Positions 1 to 10,523 of a DNA stretch of 64,000 nt are shown piece after piece; the first letter of the stretch is position 1, and each line of letters starts with the position of its first letter. The translations under genes and the position numbers were made by a program. The stretch comes from Vermamoeba vermiformis (taxonomy: Eukaryota). The stretch lies in the NCBI GenBank assembly GCA_045837725.1, contig JBEWZL010000151.1:1-64000 (forward strand). The letters are read 5' to 3'. The notes under the pieces were generated by a model that searched no databases, was not told the DNA's origin, and saw nothing but the letters and a program-made list of their open reading frames with translations.

Positions 1-2531
1 TACAACTTTAATCAATGTTCAAACAAGAAGCTTACAACCAGTTACATAACGATAACCCAGTTAGTTCGAGTACTACTGCTTGTGATCCAATGTGCGATGG
101 GGTTTGTGGTGAAGTTCTGGCGCTGGAGGAGGCGACGTTTCTGCTCTAGCCTTGTTATTTCTCTTATTGTTGTTATTGACTCCATTCGCTGTTAATGCTT
201 GATTTCTGAACTCAATCAATGTTTTTACAATTCGTGGCTCGATAGGATTGAATGCCTTTATGGCATCTCTCGTTAAGTAAAGATGTCAAACTCTGGTTGA
301 GAAAATGCCAATATAGCATCCAGCTAGCCACTTGAAATCGCTGTAAGGCATCCTTATATCATCCAATGAGCAAAATTTAACTGAGTAAGCTTTCGGAGGA
401 ACATTAACGAGGAATAAGTTCGCAACCATAATGACTTACCTAGTTATCATATATCTTGCTTTTAGCGACCAAATACGGCTTGACGTTCCACTAGTTGAAG
501 ATTTTGTACGGCAGTTATGTCAGTACATGGTACTCGTACTGGGCTGGCTGCACGAGTCTGTAGCGGTAATTGAATTGCATTAATATAGATAACAAAATAT
601 TTAAGTGTTGGCATACCAGCTTGCGCTCCTGTACAACGGCATTGAAGAAAATCATCGGGATAGGGTGTATTCGAGCCTGAAAAACGAAAGTTTAATTCGT
701 TAGAAAATTCACTAAAAAGTGTTTTGTCTTACTGAAGCCTAGGCCTTATCAAGTTGTGCCGACTGCGTCAATAATATTCATATTAATACCAACGCCTCCG
801 GCGCGCGTTGGCTCCTGCATGGCTTATTCATGGACAAGTTGCATACGCGCTCTGTCTCCTTTGAGTAGCCAATTAGGTTTTGGGTAATGGCCTGCAGAAC
901 TTGCACCTGCCAATGTGTGTCGTGATATTTCTCTTCAAATGACGAGCTTGGCACTAGTAAGGTTAATTAGTAATGGAACATCTAGGTTTGGTTGCGTACC
1001 ATTTGCAAACGCTCTACTGTATACTTTGAGTAAATCATTAGCGAGCATAGCTGTGCTTGTAAACTACCAGCGCTTCTAGCCCAACTCATCAACACCATAG
1101 CTGATCGACCAAATGATCCCAAGCGAAGAAAATATAGAGGAACTGGAGCCATTGCTGTTCAATTAGTTGCTTCGTACGCAGACGTGCAAGTACATTGATA
1201 ACTTGGCTCATTTTGTGGCTCTTACTCAAGCTCCTGCTACCTACAATCATGTGCATTGGTTATACTTTACCAACAACGATACGACAAGTTTGATAAATAT
1301 AACGTAATATTAGCCAACAAACGTTAACATAGAGCTTAAAAATCATATCAGAAAAAAGATTGCAGAACTCTTCACGGACAGTTCATCCTACCGATGACTG
1401 CGCCAATCAAATAAAGCCGCAGCTGAGACAACAACCTTGGGTATGGTTGGACAACTTGTTTGAAGCTCTACTTCGAACTTCTGCTTGCATACTATACCGA
1501 CGCGAAACTTCTTACAAGGCTTACCTCTTAGCATCGCGAGTATTGACCAAAAGACGAGCAAGATCTGAGCTTGGAAGAGTACAACCCTCCGCAAGTGTTT
1601 GAACTTCAGTGTCCAAGGAAACAAATCTTTAACGAAGAATTGATTGTAATAAGCTGAGTAAAGCGTTGAATCAAGACTAGTAGGGCACAAGTATCAGCGG
1701 CGAATGACAAGGATGGTTCGGCGCAATTTAACATCCAAAGAGGCCCAAAAAATTACGCAATTGGAACAGCGATTCAATTAAGTCTTCTCGCTATTTCAAC
1801 GAATAAAAAAAAGGTCGAATTATATGACTTGTTAAGTTCCTGGAGGTTCAACGAAAGTACGCAACAAAACCACTATCATCAGAAAAAATTGGATCGGCGA
1901 CCTGCGCATTCAACAACTCAACAAACGAGGCAAAATTATTTGCAAATATCTGCGCTCTTAATTCTCCCTATTGGTTAGCTAAGAAATAGGCCAAGATTTT
2001 TGAGCTCTACAAACGAATGAAGATCGAATTCGAACGCGAAGTCTTCTTCGTAAGAAGCTCATAAAAGCATATATAGTATAAGTGGTATATTAAATATAAT
2101 AGTATTTCGAGGCAGAAGTCCGAAAGTGATGGCTCAAAGTTGGATTTAACCAGCCAAAAAAAAGATCGAAATTCAATTTCGATCTAGATGATTTTAATAA
2201 TTTCAAATGACCTTATAAGTTGTTTAATATATCTTAAAGATGTTGATTTAATGCTTTGATTAATTATTAAAAACTTACGGACCGAACTTGAAAACGCATC
2301 AGGTTTCGTACTGGACCGGAATTCAGAAAGAAGAAGCCGCAAGCAGTTCCTGATCATATGATATCATTTATGAATTACTAATAACCATATTCTAAGCACT
2401 TACGGCACTATTCGGGGTAGCCGAACAAAGGCTGCGTCAGATGTAGGCGGTGGAACACCGAGTCAGCAGAGATAAGCAGCGAGTAGTCCGATTCAAGGTT
2501 ATCGCGAAGCTTGGTCATTAACAGAGTCCAT
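1..2531 (-). pseudogene. Spliced, coding-like gene with scrambled reading frames (pseudogene or low-quality consensus); product not recognised
   Basis: CA-rich leader and ATG at 2531. Several GT..AG introns (donors near 2403, 2278, 999, 732, 616, 439). Codon-biased peptide fragments switch frame every few tens of nt, e.g. MTKLRDNLESDYSLLISADSVFHR, TEVQTLAEGCTLPSSDLARLLVNTRDAK, LTRDAIKAFNPIEPRIVKTLIEFRNQ. Confidence 0.45.
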
Positions 2532-3852
2532 ATTGTCGAAGAAGAAGAAGAAGGAGTGGTGGTTGACTGGTGCGAGAGAACTGAAAAATGAACATCAAAA
2601 ACAAAACTTGTTTTAGGCGCGTGGGGAGATTGGAGCTCAAATTTTTTCGTATAGTTGCGCTACGTCATATATGTCTATGTCGAGAGTTTGAACGGCTGCT
2701 AATGAAATAAAATTTAGCGTCGCGAATCGGAACGGATTCAACTCGAAGTTATTGAAACATTTATGGTAAATCTACCGAATTTAATCAAAAGTAAACTAAT
2801 GCACCTAAACAACGACATAAGTAGCATCATGAGCGAGACCACAAGTATCTGAACCCATGCTCAAGTAGATGTAGCCGTCAATACCCCAGTCAGTGTTCCA
2901 AGAGTTTCTAACGATCCAATAAGGAGTAGGAGCAGTAGTATTATAGCCAACTAATTGCACGCAATGGTCCAACAAGTTGATCTAACAAAAAAGTTAGAGA
3001 TCCGGATCACCAAGTACACGCGATATTTTGAGGCTTACCCAAGCGCACTCCTCCCAGGTCATAACACCACTAGTATAGTCTTGCCAGTTAGCAGCGTCCA
3101 AGCAGATACTAAATGTCAAATAAGCTCATGTAAGCGCGAGTAAAGTTCACCAAGTAGCGGATCCACAACGTACCTCAAAGGACCAATATCAACGAGGCTT
3201 TGTTGAAGCTCGACTTCGTTGTACCAGCTGTTAGCCTATAGTAATATATTAGTATCTATAGCCTTACAAAAGGTTGAGTAGCTATGTCGGATGCTGCCAA
3301 AAAACTGTTTTCTAAAAATACATACGTAGTTCCAGCTCTTGATCTTAGCCACAACTTCAGACTTGTTAAATGCGCAGCTACCACCCTCAGCAGTATAAGG
3401 ATAAGAAGCGTTCGATTCAAGACCTCCATAGCCGAGAACTGAGAAAAACTATTTAGAGGATGCGACGCAAAAAACGACTTATAAGCTTATAGAGTATCTT
3501 TATAACTTATCAAGTCATGTTATGGATGATTAAGAAATTTGTTCTAATACTAACCGTAATTGAAGGCACTGCCAGTCTGACCGCCACCGCATCCGAAGAC
3601 CCAATCATCGCAATCGACGATTTGTTGAGGAGACAACGCTAATTTATCAGCAGTAGCCTTGCCAGCTTGAATCCACGCAGATTCAATAGTTTCAGTAGCG
3701 CTGAATGCCCAGCAACTAAAAATTGAAAACGGTGCATCCGTTAGTACTAGCGAGCCAAACACAAATAAACTTGTTAATATACCTGCCGCATTGACCTTGA
3801 TCCTTAACGGGAGTAACATAGCCCTTAAGACGCCTAAGATAGTTCAAATTAG

Positions 3853-4074
3853 TGTAGAGAATTGGTATGAGGCGTTGTACTAGCTTTAGAATAAACTAAA
3901 GAACTGATTTATTTATCGCTACAACTCTTAGCTATTTATATCTTTCTTTATAGACTTTTCCTCGTTGAATTCTTCGGCAACTTCTCTCTTCTTTTATTCG
4001 TGTATTCTTGACTTCGGGCAACTGAACTTTCCGTTCCTTATTTCATGAACGGCGGCTGCTGCATTTTCATTACA
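3853..4074 (-). repeat. 3' LTR (222 bp)
   Basis: TGTAGAGAATTGG...CATTACA, identical by eye to 9936-10157. Confidence 0.97.
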
Positions 4075-4088
4075 TTCCTCCCCTTCTT
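4075..4088 (-). other. Polypurine tract
   Basis: AAGAAGGGGAGGAA on the minus strand directly abuts the 3' LTR. Confidence 0.9.
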
Positions 4089-4108
4089 AACTTCGAGCTC
4101 TGCGAGAT

Positions 4109-7100
4109 CTATTTTGAGATCTGCTCTTTAGCAATTTCGACGGCAAATACTTCTATGAAGTTGTCTAGACATGTATAGAGGAAATCTATGACATCTGTCA
4201 TTGTCTTTAGCGCTGCGATCTGTCTGTTAAACCACTTGATCCGGTTTTGGTCAGTGACATTAGGCGATGAAAAAATTAGTCGTAATTGTTGTTTGATCGG
4301 TCCGATTTTAATCTTGTCCGATTTATCTCGATATAATAAGTAAATGTCTAAAAGTGCTTTAAATAGATCCGTTTTAAATTTCGGAGATATAAAATTTTCC
4401 GCTCGAGGTTCATCGTTATCACTAATTTTCTGTTTAGGAACCTCTGTAGACGTGTCATAAAAGTTTGGATATGTATTTTTAAATAAATTATCATTATTTC
4501 TATTTTTAGCGTTATTTGACTTATCCTTTTGAGCGGAGCGAGCGGGATCTTGCATCGGTCTATCTTCGCTGACTATCATTCTTGCGGTTTTGTTATCAGT
4601 GTTGATAATGTCTACTGTTTCCTCCCCTTCTTTTGGATCGGCTACGTCGATCAAATCCGGGATGTCTTCAAAATTTTCTTTCTTTGTTTCCATATCTGCA
4701 ATTTTCGTTGTTGCGAGATTTTCAATAATCACTGGTTTCTCCTCGGGCGGTGTATCATCTTTTTCCTTCTTTGGATCGAAGCTGTCATTCGCGTGTAAAG
4801 TCACAAACTCTCTTGGCGGGCCAAGTGTCGACGGGCATGACTTTAGTCTATCAACGTGAACGACTTGCTTCATTAGACTTCCATCAGGCTTCATTAATCT
4901 GTACGTGACGGCAGATTTCTTTTCGGCGATGTAGTATGGACCAGACCACGGCAACGATAATTTCAGTGGAGGTGCTTTTGGTCCTGACGCAGGCCAATAG
5001 AACCAGACTCTATCTCCAACTTTGAAATTGACGTCGCGTCTATTTGCGTTGTAGAACTCGGTCTGTTGTTGTTGCGCTTTCTTGATTCTTAGCATTACGT
5101 CTTCGTGAAGTCCTGTTAAATTATTTCGCATTGTTTGTAGATCGTTTTGAACTTCTCGTGTCAATTCAATGCTGACAGGCGGAAATTCTAACTCGATCAA
5201 CGATTCTGGCAGGTAACTATGCACGAGCAAGAACGGTGGTTGTCCTGTAGATGAGTGCGGAGTCATTCTATAAGCATGCATTACGTACGGTAAGTATAAA
5301 TCCCATTCTGAAGGCTTGTCGTGGCAGTACATTGACAACATGACGCATAGCGTGTGATTGAATCGTTCTACGAGGCCATCTGTCTGAGGGTGGTAACTTG
5401 TTGATTGGATCTTGGCGATGTTCATCATTTTGCACATTTCTTGAACCATTTCGCTGAGGAATTGCGATCCGCGATCCGAGAGCAGTCGTCGAGGTTTTCC
5501 ATATTTGAGAAATACTTCATGTAGCATGGCATGTGCGACTGTAGTAGCAGTGATGTCTCGAACTGGTACACATATAGGAAATTTCGAATAATAATCGCTG
5601 AATACGATAATATAGCGGAATTTCCTAGGTGTCATCGGCAACGGTCCTAGAATATCTACTCCAACAGTGTGCCATAAACCAACTATCGGAATTGGTTGCA
5701 TGAACCCAGCTTTCTTCAATCTTGGTGTCTTCTTAGCGATGCAAGTCACGCAACTCTTTACGTGATCTTCGATGTCGGATCTCATTCCAGGCCAGTAGAA
5801 TCTTGAGCTGATTAGTTCATATGTTCTTTTGATACCTTGATGAGCTGATAATGGATCGTTGTGAAAAGACCACATGATATGATGACGCATGTCATGCGGA
5901 ATAACTAATCGTAGGCGAGTTGTGATTCTTCGTCTGCGCGTTGGCCAATATAAGTTGTATAGCACTCCTTCTTTGATGTAGCAGTGTTCTGCTTCGCTGA
6001 TGATTTTGTTCTTCAATTCGATGTCTTCGGGTATCTCTTTTCGTTCGAGCAGATCAATAATGAGTTTCAGATCTGGATCAGCGAGCTGATATTCACGAAG
6101 CTTTGCAGGATCGCTCGTATCGACGAACTTGTCCTTAAACTCCATCATGTTCAAAACTGGCAATCTTGACATAGCGTCGGCGTTGGCGTTGAGTCTTCCA
6201 GCACGAGCAATTACTGTGAAGTTGTAATCGGATAATGTCATTTTCCATCGTGCAACTCTTCCGTTGTGTGACTTGAAGGAATCGATAAGCTCCAATGGCT
6301 TATGATCAGTGATGACTGTAAATGCGTGTCCGTAGAGATACGCTCTGAAGTGTTTGATGGCTTCTACCATAGCGAGACATTCCTGTTCAGTAGTGGCGTA
6401 ATTTTGTTCTGAAGCGCTGAATTTCTTTGAAAAATACGCAATTGCGTGTTCTTTTTCGTTAATTACTTGCGTGAGTACTCCTCCCATTCCGAGCTTGCTA
6501 GCGTCTACTTGAAGAATAAACGGTTGATCCCATTGAGGATATGCGAGTATTGGAGCCTTCTTTAGCTTCTTTTTCAGTTTCTCGAATGCTCTTCTGACGT
6601 GTCGATTGATGTTGAACGGTACACTTTTTCGTAGTAGCGCGGTGAGCGGAGCAGCGATTCGAGCGTAGTCTCTGATGAATCGTCTATAATATCCTGTCAT
6701 TCCTAAGAATGTCTTTATATAGGATACGTCTTTCCATGTGTCGATGTCGATTTTGTCGATAGCGCTGATTTTGGCGGTATCCGGTGAGACTCCATTTTCT
6801 CCGATATAATGTCCTAGATATATCGTTCCAGGATAACAAAATTTGCATTTCGTTGGTTTGAGCTTAAGACCAGCTTCGCGCAATCTGTCAAATACTTCTT
6901 TGAGATTCGTCATATGCTCGTCAAAGGTTTTCGAGAATATTAGAATATCATCGATATAAACGAGGCATATTTTCCAATTCAATCCAGCCAGCACGAGATT
7001 CATCAGTCTTTGGAAAGTAGCTGGTGCGTTTGTTAAACCAAACGGCATGACGTTATACTCGAAGGAACCTTCTTCCGTAATGAAAGCGGTTTTCTCCTTG

Positions 7101-8557
7101 TCTTCGTCAGCAACAGCTACTTGATAGTAAGATTGAACTAAATCAAGCGTCGTAAAATATTTCATTCCAGCGAGACGTTCGAGAACATCTTCAACTTTTG
7201 GAATTGGAAATACGTCCTTTTTAGTTACCGCGTTTAGCTTTCGATAGTCGACACAGAATCTCTTCGTTCCGTCTTTCTTCTGAACCAGCAGGATTGGTGA
7301 TGACCAAGGCGAGGTCGACGGTCTGATGATGCCATTCTCAAGCGAAGTACGAATGTACTCAGATACGTGCTCTTTTTCGCTTTTTGCTAATCGATACGCA
7401 GCTTGCTTGATTGGCGGACCTTCAGTGATGATCTGATGCCTTATTAACGGTGTAGTGGAGCGGATGTCGAGCGTGAACAAGTCTCTGTTCTCCTCCAAGA
7501 ACTTCGTTAACTTGTCACGTTGTTCCGATGTCAGGTGTGAACCAATGTCATACGTCGATTTGTCAGTCTGAGTCGAAGATCCCATTTTCGAATTGTCAGT
7601 GAAGCTCACAGCGTTCAGTCTGACTCCATGAACTCTGGATCTAGCCTTCTGAAATCGCTCTTCTAAGCGCTCAGCTGCGCGTCGTTGTTTACGGTTTAGT
7701 CTGTCCTTTCCAGGTTTTTCGACCGTACGAGAGACGTTGATGTCATTCTCTGACGCGTTCGACGTTGCTTGCGTAGTCATCTTGTCCACGAGATCTAATG
7801 TCAGGATCTCGCCATCCTTATTGCGCCATATTCTAACTCCAGAATCAGCGTAAGCGACAGCTGCGTTGACAGGGATTAAGAGTGACTGCTTGGGCGATGC
7901 ATTGGTTATGAAGACTCGAGTTTCACCATTATTAACGTCTACCAGTTGGTGTGGGATACTGCCTTTGTTGAATTTTCTCTTTGTAGGTTCAAGCGCAAAA
8001 TTTCCAGATTCTCGAGAATTCTTGAGTTTTCCACTGACGAACATTCCGCTCAACGGAGGAATCACTACGCGTTCCGTTGTCACTACCAATGGGCGTTTCT
8101 CTTCTGAAACAATGAGATTTAACTCAGCACTGCTTCGCGGGAGAGCGCCAGGTGTTGGCCAGAGTACTTGATCATTAACGACGATTTTCGTACCGATGTG
8201 TCGAAGTACGTTAGTGCCTATAATAAGACTATAAGCAATATCTGGAATGTATAACGCGTGTAACAGGAGTGATGTACGAGCTATAGTCAATCTAAACTCC
8301 ACGAGACCTTTGACTTCCATTTCGGCGTTATTCGCCGCGACAATTGCGCCAGTTCGCTGAGGCACGACTGAGAGGTTCAAAGATTGAACGAAGCTTTTAT
8401 TTACAACGGTAACGGAGGCGCCAGTATCTAACAAGGCCTCTACATTACAATCGTTGGCTACAACCATAACCTTCGCTGGTGTCGCGTTGGTAGGGAGACT
8501 AAGTGTTGCGAGGAGATCGTTGGCAACGTTGCTTCGTTCAACTTCGTCACAGGAGAG
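4109..8557 (-). CDS. pol: Pol polyprotein: protease, RT, RNase H and integrase with a long C-terminal extension
   Basis: LLDTGAS (PR); YIDD (RT); VDASKLG and EQECLA (RH); HHCC motif, DILG..SDRG..VERFN and WSGPY (IN). The frame stays open upstream to the TGA at 8560-8558. Confidence 0.95.
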   Translation of the reverse strand, partial: LSCDEVERSNVANDLLATLSLPTNATPAKVMVVANDCNVEALLDTGASVTVVNKSFVQSLNLSVVPQRTGAIVAANNAEMEVKGLVEFRLTIARTSLLLHALYIPDIAYSLIIGTNVLRHIGTKIVVNDQVLWPTPGALPRSSAELNLIVSEEKRPLVVTTERVVIPPLSGMFVSGKLKNSRESGNFALEPTKRKFNKGSIPHQLVDVNNGETRVFITNASPKQSLLIPVNAAVAYADSGVRIWRNKDGEILTLDLVDKMTTQATSNASENDINVSRTVEKPGKDRLNRKQRRAAERLEERFQKARSRVHGVRLNAVSFTDNSKMGSSTQTDKSTYDIGSHLTSEQRDKLTKFLEENRDLFTLDIRSTTPLIRHQIITEGPPIKQAAYRLAKSEKEHVSEYIRTSLENGIIRPSTSPWSSPILLVQKKDGTKRFCVDYRKLNAVTKKDVFPIPKVEDVLERLAGMKYFTTLDLVQSYYQVAVADEDKEKTAFITEEGSFEYNVMPFGLTNAPATFQRLMNLVLAGLNWKICLVYIDDILIFSKTFDEHMTNLKEVFDRLREAGLKLKPTKCKFCYPGTIYLGHYIGENGVSPDTAKISAIDKIDIDTWKDVSYIKTFLGMTGYYRRFIRDYARIAAPLTALLRKSVPFNINRHVRRAFEKLKKKLKKAPILAYPQWDQPFILQVDASKLGMGGVLTQVINEKEHAIAYFSKKFSASEQNYATTEQECLAMVEAIKHFRAYLYGHAFTVITDHKPLELIDSFKSHNGRVARWKMTLSDYNFTVIARAGRLNANADAMSRLPVLNMMEFKDKFVDTSDPAKLREYQLADPDLKLIIDLLERKEIPEDIELKNKIISEAEHCYIKEGVLYNLYWPTRRRRITTRLRLVIPHDMRHHIMWSFHNDPLSAHQGIKRTYELISSRFYWPGMRSDIEDHVKSCVTCIAKKTPRLKKAGFMQPIPIVGLWHTVGVDILGPLPMTPRKFRYIIVFSDYYSKFPICVPVRDITATTVAHAMLHEVFLKYGKPRRLLSDRGSQFLSEMVQEMCKMMNIAKIQSTSYHPQTDGLVERFNHTLCVMLSMYCHDKPSEWDLYLPYVMHAYRMTPHSSTGQPPFLLVHSYLPESLIELEFPPVSIELTREVQNDLQTMRNNLTGLHEDVMLRIKKAQQQQTEFYNANRRDVNFKVGDRVWFYWPASGPKAPPLKLSLPWSGPYYIAEKKSAVTYRLMKPDGSLMKQVVHVDRLKSCPSTLGPPREFVTLHANDSFDPKKEKDDTPPEEKPVIIENLATTKIADMETKKENFEDIPDLIDVADPKEGEETVDIINTDNKTARMIVSEDRPMQDPARSAQKDKSNNAKNRNNDNLFKNTYPNFYDTSTEVPKQKISDNDEPRAENFISPKFKTDLFKALLDIYLLYRDKSDKIKIGPIKQQLRLIFSSPNVTDQNRIKWFNRQIAALKTMTDVIDFLYTCLDNFIEVFAVEIAKEQISK

Positions 8558-9909
8558 TCAAGTGCGTTTCTCGCCGTGGTAGCGAGGCTTGTCTTGATGG
8601 TCGTCGTCTCTGCGGCGATTAAATTGGTTACCTTTACCATAGCTACGGTCAAAGATTTACGAGGGCGTGGGTAGTGATTTCTGCCGTGATTGTTGTAGCG
8701 GATGAAGCGTCTTGGGGCCATGTTGTGGTGGATAGCGTTGACGGCGGCGGGAGACTTCCAGATCAAGCTAATGTAGTTCACCAGGTACGCAGTGAAGTCG
8801 TTGTAGGTCGCACCAAGATACTGAGCCATCACTTTCTCTTGAACGTAGGCAGGCAACTTTTCGAACAGAAGTTTTGACTTAGTAGCGTCGTCACAGGTGG
8901 GCCAAGTAGCAAGAGCGGCGTTGAACGTTGCCAAGAACGTGTTGAAATCTCCGTTGTTGTCCCACTGAAGCGCAGCGATGCGAGACATGGCAGCGATTGC
9001 ATTGTTGGCGACGGGGTATTCGTGGGTGAGCCAGCTAACCATCTGATCACTAGTAGTGGCATCAATGGTCATCAAGTTGTTGAAGGCGGACTTGGTAGCT
9101 CCTTCAATGCGGTGCCAGAAGAGGTAGCGGCGGTACAACTCGGGAAGTTGATGACGAACAGCAATGCTTCGAAAGTCTTTAACCCAGTCTTGAGCGTTAG
9201 CACCTTTCTTCGTACCATCGAACGAGTTGAGCATTTGACAAGCCTTTTTCAAGGCCTTCTCATACTTATCAACCAGCTCGAAATCAAAGATCGGTGTGTT
9301 CAAGATCGATTCCAACGGCATGGATCCAGGAGCAGCGTTGAAGTTGTTGACTACGGGAACAGCAGGGATTACATCAGGTTGACGTCGTTGAGGGGCACGG
9401 GCAATTGGGCGACCGAAGATTCGAGGCTTGTTGGAACTTTCGATGGAATCTTCGTCATGGATCTCGATCGGCGAGTTGGGCGAGTTAGGTCTCTCGTCTT
9501 CATTCTCATTGAGGTCCAAGTCTTCTTCTACAGGCAGGTCAAAGCGGTTGGGGTTGAAGTCAGGCTCTTCGTCACTTGAGACGTCAAGATCGTCGCGGAT
9601 GAGGAAACGATCTTCTTCGCGGTCATTCTCGGCACCATTAGCAACATAGTTGTTGTTGTTATTAATAGGACTTATCTCAGCAGGGACTGTCTCATCTACA
9701 TCCATGATGTTGACTCGGTCTTCGGATTCAGATTCGGGCTCGATCTCGTTAACTTGATTGACATTGACGTTGACAGGTTGAGCTTGCTTCTTCTTATTGT
9801 TCTTTCTACGACGGTTTTTCCTTCCCTTCTTTTCGGCGTTCTCCGTAACGCGCTGGTTGGTCGATCGGCGGATTCGTTGAGATCGGCGGGGTAATTCGGG
9901 ATTTTCCAT
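8458..9909 (-). CDS. gag: Gag (no CCHC zinc knuckle); true end probably TGA 8560-8558 after a 1-nt indel near 8652
   Basis: ATG just after the PBS. Basic then acidic N-terminus, followed by a capsid-like region (FDGTKKGANAQDWVKDF). Confidence 0.85.
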   Translation of the reverse strand: MENPELPRRSQRIRRSTNQRVTENAEKKGRKNRRRKNNKKKQAQPVNVNVNQVNEIEPESESEDRVNIMDVDETVPAEISPINNNNNYVANGAENDREEDRFLIRDDLDVSSDEEPDFNPNRFDLPVEEDLDLNENEDERPNSPNSPIEIHDEDSIESSNKPRIFGRPIARAPQRRQPDVIPAVPVVNNFNAAPGSMPLESILNTPIFDFELVDKYEKALKKACQMLNSFDGTKKGANAQDWVKDFRSIAVRHQLPELYRRYLFWHRIEGATKSAFNNLMTIDATTSDQMVSWLTHEYPVANNAIAAMSRIAALQWDNNGDFNTFLATFNAALATWPTCDDATKSKLLFEKLPAYVQEKVMAQYLGATYNDFTAYLVNYISLIWKSPAAVNAIHHNMAPRRFIRYNNHGRNHYPRPRKSLTVAMVKVTNLIAAETTTIKTSLATTARNALDSPVTKLNEATLPTISSQHLVSLPTRHQRRLWL

Positions 9910-9920
9910 TGAAATTTCGT

Positions 9921-9933
9921 CGGAAGCGCACCA
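9921..9933 (-). other. Primer-binding site (tRNA isotype not determined)
   Basis: TGGTGCGCTTCCG lies 2 nt after the 5' LTR and is complementary to a tRNA ...CCA 3' end. Confidence 0.85.
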
Positions 9934-9935
9934 AA

Positions 9936-10157
9936 TGTAGAGAATTGGTATGAGGCGTTGTACTAGCTTTAGAATAAACTAAAGAACTGATTTATTTATC
10001 GCTACAACTCTTAGCTATTTATATCTTTCTTTATAGACTTTTCCTCGTTGAATTCTTCGGCAACTTCTCTCTTCTTTTATTCGTGTATTCTTGACTTCGG
10101 GCAACTGAACTTTCCGTTCCTTATTTCATGAACGGCGGCTGCTGCATTTTCATTACA
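9936..10157 (-). repeat. 5' LTR (222 bp)
   Basis: Direct repeat of 3853-4074. Confidence 0.97.
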
Positions 10158-10523
10158 CCTACCGAAAAATTCGGATTCAGATCGACCAGTCCATTGGGCA
10201 TCAGCCCAGCTGATTACACATGCCAGTGCCAATACTAATACCACGACAGTAGTAGCTCTCATTGCGTCACGCGGTTTGACGAACAAAAATAATTGAACAA
10301 CGGAAAAAATCTTTGCTATTCAGGGATTCTGAATCTGCATCCGCTCCGAGTACTAATTCTAAATACAGAAACAACGGTAAGAATGCAACCTTTACTCGCT
10401 TTTATTATACAACAATTTCAACCATGGTTGGAACTTTATTCTGAACATTTCCAGATCCTAGGACGGGTGACAGGCATTAGGCCACTTGCACATCTGGATC
10501 TAAAAACTTCTCCACGTTCCCCA

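Larger units (their letters stand above)
3853..10157 (-). mobile_element. Full-length Ty3/Gypsy LTR retrotransposon (~6.3 kb)
   Basis: Two 222-bp direct repeats with TG...CA ends, a PBS and a PPT. gag is followed by pol in PR-RT-RH-IN order. Confidence 0.97.
2805..10262 (-). pseudogene. Papain-family (C1A) cysteine protease gene interrupted by an LTR retrotransposon; prodomain exons missing
   Basis: Exon 1 (10262-10163) encodes the signal peptide MRATTVVVLVLALACVISWADA. Exons 3833-2805 encode a clean mature domain: VTPVKDQGQCGSCWAFS, CGGG, DHCVQLVG, WIVRNSW, with stop TAG at 2805. Confidence 0.85.

Noticed and set aside
440-560. In-frame TAA/TAG suggesting stop-to-Gln reassignment
   Set aside because: Intact genes in the window end in TAA, TAG or TGA and have no internal stops; this region also carries indels.
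7840-8090. Beta-rich segment between protease and RT as a dUTPase
   Set aside because: No dUTPase catalytic motifs are visible; such spacers are common in Gypsy pol.
4529-9649. Plus-strand ORFs overlapping gag and pol
   Set aside because: Antisense shadows of coding sequence with no motifs.
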